Assembly: GCA_964496905.1 (NCBI GenBank) | Contig: CAZCAQ010000003.1 | Coordinates: 1,701-65,700 of the forward strand | Length of the DNA: 64,000 bases | Reading direction: 5' to 3' | Source: an uncultured Candidatus Saccharibacteria bacterium | Lineage (GTDB): Bacteria > Patescibacteriota > WWE3 > UBA101185 > UBA10185 | Shown: positions 50,377-58,466 of the stretch, one piece after another | How the letters are laid out: the number at the start of each line of letters is the position of its first letter | Numbering within the stretch: position 1 is the stretch's first letter | Notes under the pieces: model-generated | The model's database searches: none | What the model saw: only the letters and a program-made list of their open reading frames with translations | What the model was told of the DNA's origin: nothing | Made by a program: the position numbers and the translations under genes

Positions 50377-51135
50377 GTGAAACGCTATAATATTGAAGCT
50401 TTAGTACTTAAAAACATTGGTTACAAAGACGCTGATAAAATTTACACGGTATTATCCCGCGAACTTGGTTTAGTTAGTGTTCATGCAAAAGGTGTACGAA
50501 AAATCAGTTCTAGGCGTGCTGGCAATTTAGATACACTTAATCACGTTAAAATTAAAATTAGCGAACAGGATTCTGGTTGGAAAACTGCCGACGAAGTATC
50601 TTTAATTGAATCTTTTAAGCCAATCAAAGGGTCGTTACTTGCACAATCTCATGCTTTTTATTTACTTGAACTTGCTTACAGGCTTGTTCATGAAGAAAAT
50701 TCCTCCGAAAAGTTGTTTGACCGCATGCTTGTGGCTTTACATAAATTAAGTAAAAGTAAGTCTGAATTGGAATCTTATTTAGTCATTAATTCTTTTGAAG
50801 TTTTTTTGCTACGATTTTTGGGATATGAAATTGAACTAACTGCTTGTGTACAATGTGGTCGTGACTTTGAAGCTGGTTGGGGAGGCTGCAAGCTGAGTTT
50901 TACCCATGGTGGTTTTGTATGTGATCGTTGTTTTGGAGTTGTGCAGGGTGTTTTAGTTGATCTTAAAACGGCTGAGGTACTGCATAGTATTAATAGTGAC
51001 TTTGAGTATAAACCCGTGGGCTTGGCGCGTGAAAATATTTACGCTGCTGACGATGTTTTAAAGATGTATATTAAAAATATTCTTGAAGATGGCTTTAAGA
51101 CGGAAAGGGTTTTTAGGAGTATTAAGGATTTGTGA
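50377..51135 (+). CDS. recO: DNA repair protein RecO
   Basis: DADKI, AKGVRK..SRRAG, FE..LL..LGY, CVQC...GGFVCDRC zinc motif. Confidence 0.92.
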   Translation: MKRYNIEALVLKNIGYKDADKIYTVLSRELGLVSVHAKGVRKISSRRAGNLDTLNHVKIKISEQDSGWKTADEVSLIESFKPIKGSLLAQSHAFYLLELAYRLVHEENSSEKLFDRMLVALHKLSKSKSELESYLVINSFEVFLLRFLGYEIELTACVQCGRDFEAGWGGCKLSFTHGGFVCDRCFGVVQGVLVDLKTAEVLHSINSDFEYKPVGLARENIYAADDVLKMYIKNILEDGFKTERVFRSIKDL

Positions 51136-51147
51136 AAAGCTGTGCTT

Positions 51148-51477
51148 TTAGGCTTTTGATTTTTCAAGTTTAGCTATTCGAGCTTCGTGATTACTGACTT
51201 TGTGAGAAAGTAAGGTCTGTTCTTGCCTACTTGTTTTAAGTTCAGTTATAAATGTATCTAGCATGTCATACATTTTAGGAATGATTGTCACTTTTTCCGC
51301 TACTTCTTGTAATTTCTGATCCACCCTTAAAAAATTAAGAGCAGTCTCGCCCTTAAATGCGCGTAATTCTTGTGTAAGATCTACTATTGATTTTTCACAT
51401 CCTCCTACTCTTTGTGAGAGATCTAATATAGATCTTTCACACCCTTCTAGTCTTTTTGTGAAATTCAATTGCTTCAT
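51148..51477 (-). CDS. Small coiled-coil hypothetical protein with internal 14-aa tandem repeat
   Basis: RLEGCERSILDLSQ / RVGGCEKSIVDLTQ repeat; C-terminal HEARIAKLE; own promoter TTGATA-N17-TACAAA. Confidence 0.65.
   Translation of the reverse strand: MKQLNFTKRLEGCERSILDLSQRVGGCEKSIVDLTQELRAFKGETALNFLRVDQKLQEVAEKVTIIPKMYDMLDTFITELKTSRQEQTLLSHKVSNHEARIAKLEKSKA
51370..51453. repeat. Two degenerate 42-bp tandem units within the coiled-coil gene
   Basis: ttgtgtaagatctactattgatttttcacatcctcctactct followed by ttgtgagagatctaatatagatctttcacacccttctagtct. Confidence 0.75.
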
Positions 51478-51533
51478 TTAGTTGTTTGTACCATTGTTAA
51501 AAACAACTATCAATATGCCATAGTATGCAAAAC

Positions 51534-51550
51534 TCTATTTTAAATAGACA
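51534..51550 (-). promoter_or_regulatory. Palindromic motif TGTCTATTTAAAATAGA, copy 1
   Basis: Exact 17-bp reverse-complement match to 61184-61200; core is TCTATTT-N-AAATAGA. Confidence 0.55.
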
Positions 51551-51555
51551 TTGCT

Positions 51556-52770
51556 TTAGTACCGCAAAAAACTGCTGATTTTTCCTCTGGTGCGATCTGC
51601 GCGTAATGTATCGGCGGTTATAACAGTAAATTCCCCAAAAGCATCATTAATTGAGTCTTTAGTTTTAATAATTTTCTCAGTTTTAACATGGTCCGAAAAC
51701 AAATCCAAAGTACGTCCTTTATTTTCCACAAGGTTTGAAATGGAAATACCTACAAGGCGTGTTTCTTTGTTCCACCGCATTTGCTTTATTAGATCGCATC
51801 CTGCTTCGTAAATTTCGGTTTCGCTGTCGGTTGGAAGAAGAAGGGTAGTCCGGTTGCCCGACCAAGCTCTATTGGAATCTCGCAGGCTTACATGGATCGT
51901 TTTCCCCTTCATTTCATAGCGACGCATGCGGCGCGCTGCCATTTCGCACAATCTATGTAGGTTTTTTTTAATTACGCGAGGATCTTTTGTATTTTGAGAC
52001 AGTGTATGCTGATGGCCTATGGATTTTGGTTTTTCGCGTTTGTAGTTTAGTCCGCTTACTGCAATATCTCCTTTGCCAAAACTGGCTTTTTTTAAAAATC
52101 CGCTTTCGGCTATGCCAAATTCTAGATATAGGTTTTCTATAGGAGTTTTTTGCAAGTCTTCGACGGTAAAAACTCCTAGTTTATTGAGGCGGGCTTCAAT
52201 GCGTGGCCCAATTCCGCAAAAATCTCGCAACTTAGTTTTATAAAGTACTTCGGTCAAATTATCTTTATCCACCAAGCACATTCCATTTGGCTTATTTATG
52301 TCTGAAGCAAGCTTTGCCAAAAGCTTGTTAAAGCTAATACCAATAGAACAGGTAATCCACGGGCCAAAAGCGTGGTAAAAATCATTTTTAATAAGGCCTG
52401 CCAAGTTTATAGGATTACTAAAAAATTTGAGAGTATCAGTTACATCAATAAAAGCTTCGTCAATGCTAAAAGGCTCAATTTGATCGGTGTATTTTTGGTA
52501 AATTTGTAGGGTTTGCGCCTGTATATACGAATATTTTGACGCATCTCCCTTAACGGGAATGATTTGCGGGCATATTTTGCGCGCTTCGAACAAAGGCATG
52601 CCTGTTTTTACGCCAAACTTTTTGGCTTCGCGTGAAGCGGCGCAAACCACACCGCGTGATAGTGAGCTTCCCGTTACGCCAATAGGTTTTCCCCGCAAAA
52701 AAGGGTTGGCCTGTTGTTCCACCGAAGCAAAAAAACTGTCAAAATCAATGTGAAAGATAGTTTTTTGCAT
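51556..52770 (-). CDS. dinB: Y-family DNA polymerase (DinB/PolY) with C-terminal RecA-NT-like tail
   Basis: HIDFDSFFASVEQ, AASREAK..GV, SIDEAF, KLLAKLASD..KPNG, KSIG; clamp-like motif TLDLF; tail IIKTKDSINDAFG. Confidence 0.9.
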   Translation of the reverse strand: MQKTIFHIDFDSFFASVEQQANPFLRGKPIGVTGSSLSRGVVCAASREAKKFGVKTGMPLFEARKICPQIIPVKGDASKYSYIQAQTLQIYQKYTDQIEPFSIDEAFIDVTDTLKFFSNPINLAGLIKNDFYHAFGPWITCSIGISFNKLLAKLASDINKPNGMCLVDKDNLTEVLYKTKLRDFCGIGPRIEARLNKLGVFTVEDLQKTPIENLYLEFGIAESGFLKKASFGKGDIAVSGLNYKREKPKSIGHQHTLSQNTKDPRVIKKNLHRLCEMAARRMRRYEMKGKTIHVSLRDSNRAWSGNRTTLLLPTDSETEIYEAGCDLIKQMRWNKETRLVGISISNLVENKGRTLDLFSDHVKTEKIIKTKDSINDAFGEFTVITADTLRADRTRGKISSFLRY

Positions 52771-53050
52771 TTTTTGGCTCGTTTAGGCTTTTATCCTTTC
52801 TAAAGCCTTCAAAGAAAATTTCGTCCAATTGCCAAGTAAGGTCTTGAGTATTAAAAGTTATGTTAAATGCTTCTTTTTCAGTGGAAACGGCAAAATGCAC
52901 CATTTGGGCCTTTCCTTGGTGAGAGATGTGCGTAAAGTTAACTTCGCTTATTTTGAATTTTTTGCCTCGCCAAGTGATTAAAAGGGGAATAGGGCGTCTA
53001 GCCGTAAAGTGAACTATGGCTTCGATTTGTTCGTTAATCTTTTCAAACAC
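52745..53050 (-). CDS. Small beta-rich protein co-transcribed with PolY (DUF6504/YqjX-like putative accessory subunit)
   Basis: P..ITWRG..F.I..V...HF.V...F.I.F.....W.L pattern; overlaps the PolY start by 26 nt. Confidence 0.6.
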   Translation of the reverse strand: MFEKINEQIEAIVHFTARRPIPLLITWRGKKFKISEVNFTHISHQGKAQMVHFAVSTEKEAFNITFNTQDLTWQLDEIFFEGFRKDKSLNEPKNAKNYLSH

Positions 53051-53056
53051 CCCTTA

Positions 53057-53085
53057 TATATAGCCGAAGTAAACCCGAAAGTCAA
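53057..53085 (-). promoter_or_regulatory. Promoter of the PolY cassette containing a TTCGG-N6-TTCGG direct repeat (candidate LexA box)
   Basis: Minus strand reads TTGACT-TTCGG-GTTTAC-TTCGG-C-TATATA, then 6 nt to GTG 53050. The repeat fills the 17-nt spacer (plus-strand CCGAA at 53064-53068 and 53075-53079). Confidence 0.75.
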
Positions 53086-53154
53086 TCGGATTTCAGCGTG
53101 AAATCGATTTTTCTGTTAATAATTCTAGTGTGTCAGAAATATTTGACCGATGGT

Positions 53155-53211
53155 TAAAAAAGGGAAGGTAAGTTGTAGTGTCTCCTTAAAGAAAACCTTA
53201 CAGCTTACCTT
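53155..53211 (-). terminator. Long hairpin plus U-tract downstream of the small orphan gene
   Basis: Arms AAGGTAAGTTGTAG (53165-53178) and TTACAGCTTACCTT (53198-53211); followed on the minus strand by CCCTTTTTTA. Confidence 0.6.
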
Positions 53212-53228
53212 TGGATTCAGTTGCCGAC

Positions 53229-53423
53229 CTATTTGAGTTTCTTCACCCGCGCCTTAAACTGTCTCTTCTCTGGGTCGAATACGAAATCGTATAGTACATC
53301 GCCGCCAGATCCTGAAACACTAAATGTCGCATACGGCACGTCTGGTGGAGTTTTTGCTACTAACGCATTTAGGGTTGCTAGTTGTTTCGCAACCGCCGGT
53401 TCAATTTGCTCAACTTGTGACAT
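53229..53423 (-). CDS. Small hypothetical protein (64 aa, MSQVEQIEP...)
   Basis: AGGAG Shine-Dalgarno 7 nt before ATG 53423; promoter TTGACT (53514-53509) plus TGnTATGTT; downstream terminator. Confidence 0.6.
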   Translation of the reverse strand: MSQVEQIEPAVAKQLATLNALVAKTPPDVPYATFSVSGSGGDVLYDFVFDPEKRQFKARVKKLK

Positions 53424-53592
53424 TACCCACTCCTCTAGAAAAAATCTCACTATTTCGCATAGTGGCGACTCGTAGAATAGTTGTAACATAACACTGCACG
53501 TTCTGCAGAGTCAATAGTAGTTTATCTAACCGCGCTGAGTATTCTTTACACTATGTTGACAAAATCCCCCTCTAAACTACAATGAAAAAGCT

Positions 53593-54996
53593 ATGGATAG
53601 CCAAAAAGACGCTGAAACCATTCAAAAAGTACCAACCCTACAAGACATAGTTTCTTTATGCAAAAGACGAGGGTTTATTTTTCAAAGCTCCGAGATTTAC
53701 GGCGGTCTTGTTAGCACTTATGATTACGGTCCACTTGGGGTAGAACTACTCCGCAATATAACCAATTCTTGGTGGAAAAACTTTGTAACAAATCGCTCTG
53801 ACATGGTAGGGCTTGATACCGCGATCTTTATGTCACCCAAGGTTTGGGAGGCTTCTGGGCATACTCAGAGCTTTGCAGACATAATGATTGACTGTAAAGA
53901 CTGCCAGCTAAGAACCCGTGTTGACCACTTAATTGAGGACTTTTTAGAAAATGCACAAAAAGCGGAAAAAGTTGAAGGGCGCAGCATTGAGGAGCTTTCA
54001 TCCATTATTGAACAAGAACACATTAAATGTCCAAATTGTGGAAAGTTCAATTGGACAGAACCCCGCAAGTTTAATCAGCTTTTTGAAACAAAAATAGGTA
54101 TTTTGGAAAGTTCAGGCGAAAAAACCTATTTACGTGGAGAAATAGCTCAAGGAATGTTTGTAAACTTTAAAAATGTACTAGAAACTATGCGTCCAAAACT
54201 TCCATTTGGTATTGCTCAGTCTGGAAAGGCTTTCCGCAACGAAATAACGTTAGGTAACTTTATTTTCCGCAACTTAGAATTTAATTTGGCTGAGTTTGAA
54301 TACTTTTTTAACCAAGAAACGCAAAATTGGGAAGAACTGTTTGATTATTGGAAAGCCGAAATGTATAAGTGGATTACATCTCTAGGAATTAATCAAGAAA
54401 AACTACGTTGGCGCTTACACACGGACGAAGAGCGCTCTTTTTATTCAACCAAAACCGAAGATCTTGATTTTGAGTTTCCATTTGGCTCTAAAGAAATGTT
54501 TGGGTTAGCTTATCGCACTGACTACGACCTAAAAAATCACATGGAAAAATCAGGCCAAGATATGCGTTACATGGATCCAAATACTGGTGAAAAATACATT
54601 CCATATGTAATCGAGCCTACCTTTGGTATAAATCGCGTCTTTTTAGCGTTACTTTGTAATGGTTATACAATGGATGGAGAACGACTGGTCTTAAAGCTAC
54701 ATCCATCGGTTGCACCTTACAGAGCTGCAGTTTTTCCACTCGTAAAGAATAAGCCAGAATTAGTAGAAAAAGCACGTGGGATTTACGAAGAGCTGCGTGA
54801 AAACTTTTCTGTGGATTGGGATGACCGTGGAAACATTGGGAAGCGATACCTTTCTCAGGATGAAATTGGAACCCCATATTGTATAACTGTTGATTATCAA
54901 ACTTTAGAAGACGAAACAGTTACAGTTCGCGATCGTGATACAACTCACCAAGACCGTATTAAAATTGCCGACCTCAAGAATTTTATTCTTAGGTAA
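53593..54996 (+). CDS. glyQS: Glycine--tRNA ligase, homodimeric type
   Basis: KRRGFIFQSSEIYGG, YDYGPLG, WEASGH, YLRGEIAQG, GKAFRNEIT, VIEP, GNIGKRY..QDEIGTP. Confidence 0.95.
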   Translation: MDSQKDAETIQKVPTLQDIVSLCKRRGFIFQSSEIYGGLVSTYDYGPLGVELLRNITNSWWKNFVTNRSDMVGLDTAIFMSPKVWEASGHTQSFADIMIDCKDCQLRTRVDHLIEDFLENAQKAEKVEGRSIEELSSIIEQEHIKCPNCGKFNWTEPRKFNQLFETKIGILESSGEKTYLRGEIAQGMFVNFKNVLETMRPKLPFGIAQSGKAFRNEITLGNFIFRNLEFNLAEFEYFFNQETQNWEELFDYWKAEMYKWITSLGINQEKLRWRLHTDEERSFYSTKTEDLDFEFPFGSKEMFGLAYRTDYDLKNHMEKSGQDMRYMDPNTGEKYIPYVIEPTFGINRVFLALLCNGYTMDGERLVLKLHPSVAPYRAAVFPLVKNKPELVEKARGIYEELRENFSVDWDDRGNIGKRYLSQDEIGTPYCITVDYQTLEDETVTVRDRDTTHQDRIKIADLKNFILR

Positions 54997-55016
54997 TTAA
55001 ACCTTGGAGACAATCC

Positions 55017-56402
55017 ATGCAAAGTATCGTCGCTCAAGCGCAAGAATTTTCTAAAACTTATCACAAAAAAACCACTAGACTTAATGGTGAAAATTATTAT
55101 GTTCACTGCAAACATGTTGCAGAGATTCTAGAATCTCAAAGGCTGGTTAATGAAAATATTTTAGCTGCAGCTTATTTGCATGAAGCCGTAAAAGATAATC
55201 CTAAAATTTTGGATGAAATAAGCAAGCAGTTTAATAAAAACGTTTTTGATATTTTGCGTGTATATAATGAAATTTCCGACAAGCATTTGCGTATTCAAGA
55301 GGCTGATCCGCATCAAGTGGAAAATACAATTAAAACGTTGTTAAATTTATCTTTAAATACTTCAGTACTATCTTTGCGTTTAGCTGATAAAGTAGAAAAC
55401 CTTAGAACTTCTGGTGTTTTTACTACTGATGAGCGGAAATCCATTGCTCTGCGTGCTACATTACTTTATGCGCCATTATCGCGTTTTTTAAATTTAGGTA
55501 AGTTTGTCAGAGATTTGGACGATACAAGTTTTAAGATTTTGTCACCTCAGCAATATGCGCAGCTAAATACTAAACTTATTGAACTTGAACAAGATGTTAA
55601 AGCCTTTTTTGAAGAGGCAAATGTGTTTTTAAAAGAAATTTTGGTAGAACAAGGTGTATCTGCAGATATTCATTACCGTATGAAAGGTATTTACTCAACT
55701 TTTAAAAAGCTTAAAAAGTATGACGCATCTTATGAGCACGCTTTTAAAAGCATTCCTGATGTTGTAGCATTTAGAGTCTTGGTGAATGATGTGGAACACT
55801 GCTACAAAGTCTTGGAAACTCTTAACTCTATTTGGGATCTAAATGAACATCACTTTTCAGATTGGATTAGCAATCCAAAACCAAATGGGTATAAATCAAT
55901 CCACGCAGTTTATAACGTTACCGAAAAATTTTTGGCTGAATTTCAAATAAAAACTCACGAAATGCACGACTTTAACGAATTTGGAGGCGCTTCGCACGCA
56001 ATTTATAAATTAGGTGACAATTTTAAAAAACTGCTTGATGAAGATCCAACAATTTTAGAAAAACTATCTGCCAAAGACGCCATAGCTAATTTAGCCGACT
56101 TTAGTTCCAAGCCAATTGGAAAAAAGATTTATGTCTTTACTCCAAAACAAGACATTATTGAGCTTCCCCTTGGTGCCACTGTTATTGATTTTGCTTATGC
56201 GGTACACGAACATGTTGGAAGAGATTTTGTTGGCGCGCAGGTAAATGGTTCTATTGCTCGAGCAAATACTGTTTTAAATGATGGAGATTCTATTGAGATT
56301 AAGTTTTCCAAAAAGCCAAAGTTACCCAGCAGGGATTGGCTGGATTTTGTCGTTACGCCCAAGGCGAAAGGGTATATTAAGAAGGAATTACGGCTGAAGT
56401 AG
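55017..56402 (+). CDS. RelA/SpoT homolog, HD-SYNTH-TGS architecture lacking ZFD/ACT
   Basis: LADKVENLRT, YAPL, RMKGIYS, DVVAFRV, PKPNGYKSIH, EFQIKT, VFTPK..LP.GAT.IDFAYAVH; ends after RDWLDFVVT.KAK. Confidence 0.88.
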   Translation: MQSIVAQAQEFSKTYHKKTTRLNGENYYVHCKHVAEILESQRLVNENILAAAYLHEAVKDNPKILDEISKQFNKNVFDILRVYNEISDKHLRIQEADPHQVENTIKTLLNLSLNTSVLSLRLADKVENLRTSGVFTTDERKSIALRATLLYAPLSRFLNLGKFVRDLDDTSFKILSPQQYAQLNTKLIELEQDVKAFFEEANVFLKEILVEQGVSADIHYRMKGIYSTFKKLKKYDASYEHAFKSIPDVVAFRVLVNDVEHCYKVLETLNSIWDLNEHHFSDWISNPKPNGYKSIHAVYNVTEKFLAEFQIKTHEMHDFNEFGGASHAIYKLGDNFKKLLDEDPTILEKLSAKDAIANLADFSSKPIGKKIYVFTPKQDIIELPLGATVIDFAYAVHEHVGRDFVGAQVNGSIARANTVLNDGDSIEIKFSKKPKLPSRDWLDFVVTPKAKGYIKKELRLK

Positions 56403-56408
56403 TGGTTT

Positions 56409-56437
56409 TTGACTCAATCAGTGGCCTATAGTATAAT
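56409..56437 (+). promoter_or_regulatory. Near-consensus sigma70 promoter of the orphan lipoprotein gene
   Basis: TTGACT (56409-56414), N17, TATAAT (56432-56437); AAGGAGG SD at 56461-56467. Confidence 0.75.
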
Positions 56438-56472
56438 TAACGCATTGAAATCTTAAGGCCAAGGAGGAAACA

Positions 56473-56880
56473 ATGGCCACCTTTGTGTTTGTGGTTTTAT
56501 TTGGGGTTTTGTCCAGTTGCGGATCCGTTGCTGCGCAAGCTGTACCGACCGTGCAACCAATACAGCCTGTGTTTGATCCAACACCGACCCCTGCCCCTCC
56601 CGACGGTGGTGTATACATAGTCAGTGGCGATGTGTTTTCAATTGGTTTTGGTCCTTATACGTATAGTTCTTTGTATTGGGAGCAGGACGGAACCAACCCT
56701 GGTGTATACGGTAGTGCTAACTTGGTTACAATACCCTGTGGTGAATACTTTGGCGTATTTGTGGTAGGTACTTATGGTAGCCGAGCAACTTGTGCCGAGG
56801 CTATAGTACGGGTTTATTCAGAAAGTGGCATGGTTTATGCAGTACGGAATAAATCATTAAATGTTACTATTCTGAAGTGA
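56473..56880 (+). CDS. Hypothetical secreted protein / lipoprotein with Pro-Thr-rich linker
   Basis: Hydrophobic N-terminus with LSSC lipobox-like site, PTVQPIQPVFDPTPTPAPP linker, strong SD. Confidence 0.65.
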   Translation: MATFVFVVLFGVLSSCGSVAAQAVPTVQPIQPVFDPTPTPAPPDGGVYIVSGDVFSIGFGPYTYSSLYWEQDGTNPGVYGSANLVTIPCGEYFGVFVVGTYGSRATCAEAIVRVYSESGMVYAVRNKSLNVTILK

Positions 56881-56925
56881 CCTGTTCAGCTCTTAGTTTC
56901 GTTCTCGACATATGTCGAACGATCC

Positions 56926-56996
56926 TTTGAGCTTGACCCAAAAATATAATCTCTATGTTTTTAGGCCAGGCTCAAAAAACACTCTTCCATTTTTTA
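56926..56996 (+). terminator. Long imperfect hairpin plus U-tract after the orphan lipoprotein gene
   Basis: TTTGAGCTTGACC-CAAAAATATA...TATGTTTTTA-GGCCAGGCTCAAA (56926-56976), then CTTCCATTTTTTA. Confidence 0.55.
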
Positions 56997-57062
56997 TTTA
57001 GCATCAAATTTCCCTTTGCATTCAACCTTTCGGGTATTATTTGTGTTGACGTCAGTCCATAA

Positions 57063-57098
57063 ATGGTGTTTTATGGTAGGTAATGGTGAAGATTGGTG
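57063..57098 (+). promoter_or_regulatory. MraZ-box-like direct repeats upstream of mraZ
   Basis: ATGGTG, ATGGTA, ATGGTG, TTGGTG at 57063, 57073, 57083 and 57093 (exact 10-bp period); TTGACG at 57046. Confidence 0.75.
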
Positions 57099-57144
57099 AA
57101 ATCCCAAGTTACATTACACTGCCTTGTCTCAGAAGCATATGAAA

Positions 57145-57558
57145 ATGTTTCTGGGGGAATATTTTCCCAATGTTACAAACGGATCTCGCCTAGCTTTACC
57201 AAAAAAACTTCGTGATCAAATTACGGGAGATGAAGTAATTTTATCCCGTGGCTTTGAAAAGTGCATTTTTTTGTACGACCGCTCAGATTGGATGAGTGAA
57301 GCGGTCAAGCAGGTTGATAATCCAATAAGCGATCCAAAAACCAGAGAACTAAAGCGTTACATGTATTCGGCAGCTGCGGAATCTAATATTGACTCGCAAG
57401 GTCGAATTGTTATTCCGACAAGTTTAAAAGATTACGCGCACATTGATTCAAAAGTTTGCGTAATTGGCGCAGGCGATCACGTTGAAATCTGGGATCTAGA
57501 TGCTTGGAACACCCACCTACAAAAACTATCTGAAAGTTTTGCCCAGTCAGGGGAATAA
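57145..57558 (+). CDS. mraZ: Division/cell-wall cluster transcriptional repressor MraZ
   Basis: MFLGEY start, RLALPKKLR, RGFEKC, DSQGRIVIP, GAGDHVEIWD. The track start is TTG 57124. Confidence 0.93.
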   Translation: MFLGEYFPNVTNGSRLALPKKLRDQITGDEVILSRGFEKCIFLYDRSDWMSEAVKQVDNPISDPKTRELKRYMYSAAAESNIDSQGRIVIPTSLKDYAHIDSKVCVIGAGDHVEIWDLDAWNTHLQKLSESFAQSGE

Positions 57559-58466
57559 TGCAGTATCACGAACCAGTTCTGTTAAATGAGGTTTTAGACT
57601 TTTTGCACGTTGAAAACGGAAAAAAATATATTGACGCAACTTTAGGCGATGGCGGACACACCTTAGAAATTCTAAAAAGAGGCGGAAAAGTTTTGGGCAT
57701 TGATTACAGCCAAGTTAGCCTAGAAAACGCTACAAAGCGAATAAAGGCCGAAAAACTTGAAGAAAACTTTATACCTGCCTTTGGAAATTTTGATCAAATT
57801 TACGAAATTGCTCAAAAAAACGATTTTGCCGACATTAGCGGGATTTTATTCGATTTAGGCTACAGTTCAACTCAACTTGAAAACGAGCACGGAATGAGTT
57901 TTTTAAACGACGAACCGCTCGACATGAGAATTGATAAAAACCTTGGAGTCACAGCAGCAGACCTAGTAAATGCGCTTTCGGAAAAAGAGCTTGAAAAGTT
58001 ACTTCGCGACTATGGCGACGAAAGAATGGCAAAAAAGTTTGCGCACGAAATAGTTAATTACCGTAAGTTAAAGAAAATTGAAACCACAAAGTGTCTTGCA
58101 GACATCATAAAGGCTTCAGCTCCTTTAAGTTATGATAATTCGCGGATTCACCCTGCAACTCGCAGCTTTATGGCGCTACGAATTGCCGTTAATAACGAAC
58201 TTGAAAACCTGAGAAATGCACTGCCTCTGGCTGCACAGCTGCTAGTGGAATCTACGCTGCCTGGCGGGCGAATGTTGGTCATAAGCTTTCATTCGCTTGA
58301 GGATTCCATAGTTAAGTCTTTTGGCAGGTCTGTGCAGCCCGAACTAACCGTTTTAACTAAAAAGCCGGTAGTTCCCTCTGAAAAAGAGGTAAGGGCTAAC
58401 AGTCGCGCCAGAAGCGCGAAACTGCGTGTTTTTGAAAAGCAATTAATAGAAACAATTAACAATTAA
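57558..58466 (+). CDS. rsmH: 16S rRNA m4C1402 methyltransferase RsmH
   Basis: HEPVLLNE, DATLGDGGH, DLGYSS.QL, PLDMR, HPATR.FMALRIAVN.EL, ISFHSLED, RARSAKLR. Confidence 0.95.
   Translation: MQYHEPVLLNEVLDFLHVENGKKYIDATLGDGGHTLEILKRGGKVLGIDYSQVSLENATKRIKAEKLEENFIPAFGNFDQIYEIAQKNDFADISGILFDLGYSSTQLENEHGMSFLNDEPLDMRIDKNLGVTAADLVNALSEKELEKLLRDYGDERMAKKFAHEIVNYRKLKKIETTKCLADIIKASAPLSYDNSRIHPATRSFMALRIAVNNELENLRNALPLAAQLLVESTLPGGRMLVISFHSLEDSIVKSFGRSVQPELTVLTKKPVVPSEKEVRANSRARSAKLRVFEKQLIETINN

Noticed and set aside
53084-53112. Hairpin AATCG-G-ATTTCA-GCG-TGAAAT-CGATT with T-run
   Set aside because: The T-run is on the plus strand, where no gene ends nearby, so no function can be supported.
53221-53475. 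Plus-strand 84-aa ORF
   Set aside because: It is the antisense shadow of the minus-strand gene, which has the SD, promoter and terminator.
56905-56918. Perfect 14-bp palindrome TCGACATATGTCGA
   Set aside because: It is a single copy with no supporting context and may simply be part of the 3' UTR structure, so I did not call it as a feature.
56933-56950. TTGACC...TATAAT as a promoter
   Set aside because: The spacer is only 6 nt, and the sequence is better explained as part of the hairpin.
53155-56996. Integron attC sites after the two orphan genes
   Set aside because: The hairpins lack RYYYAAC...GTTRRRY ends, the genes have their own promoters, and no integrase is present.
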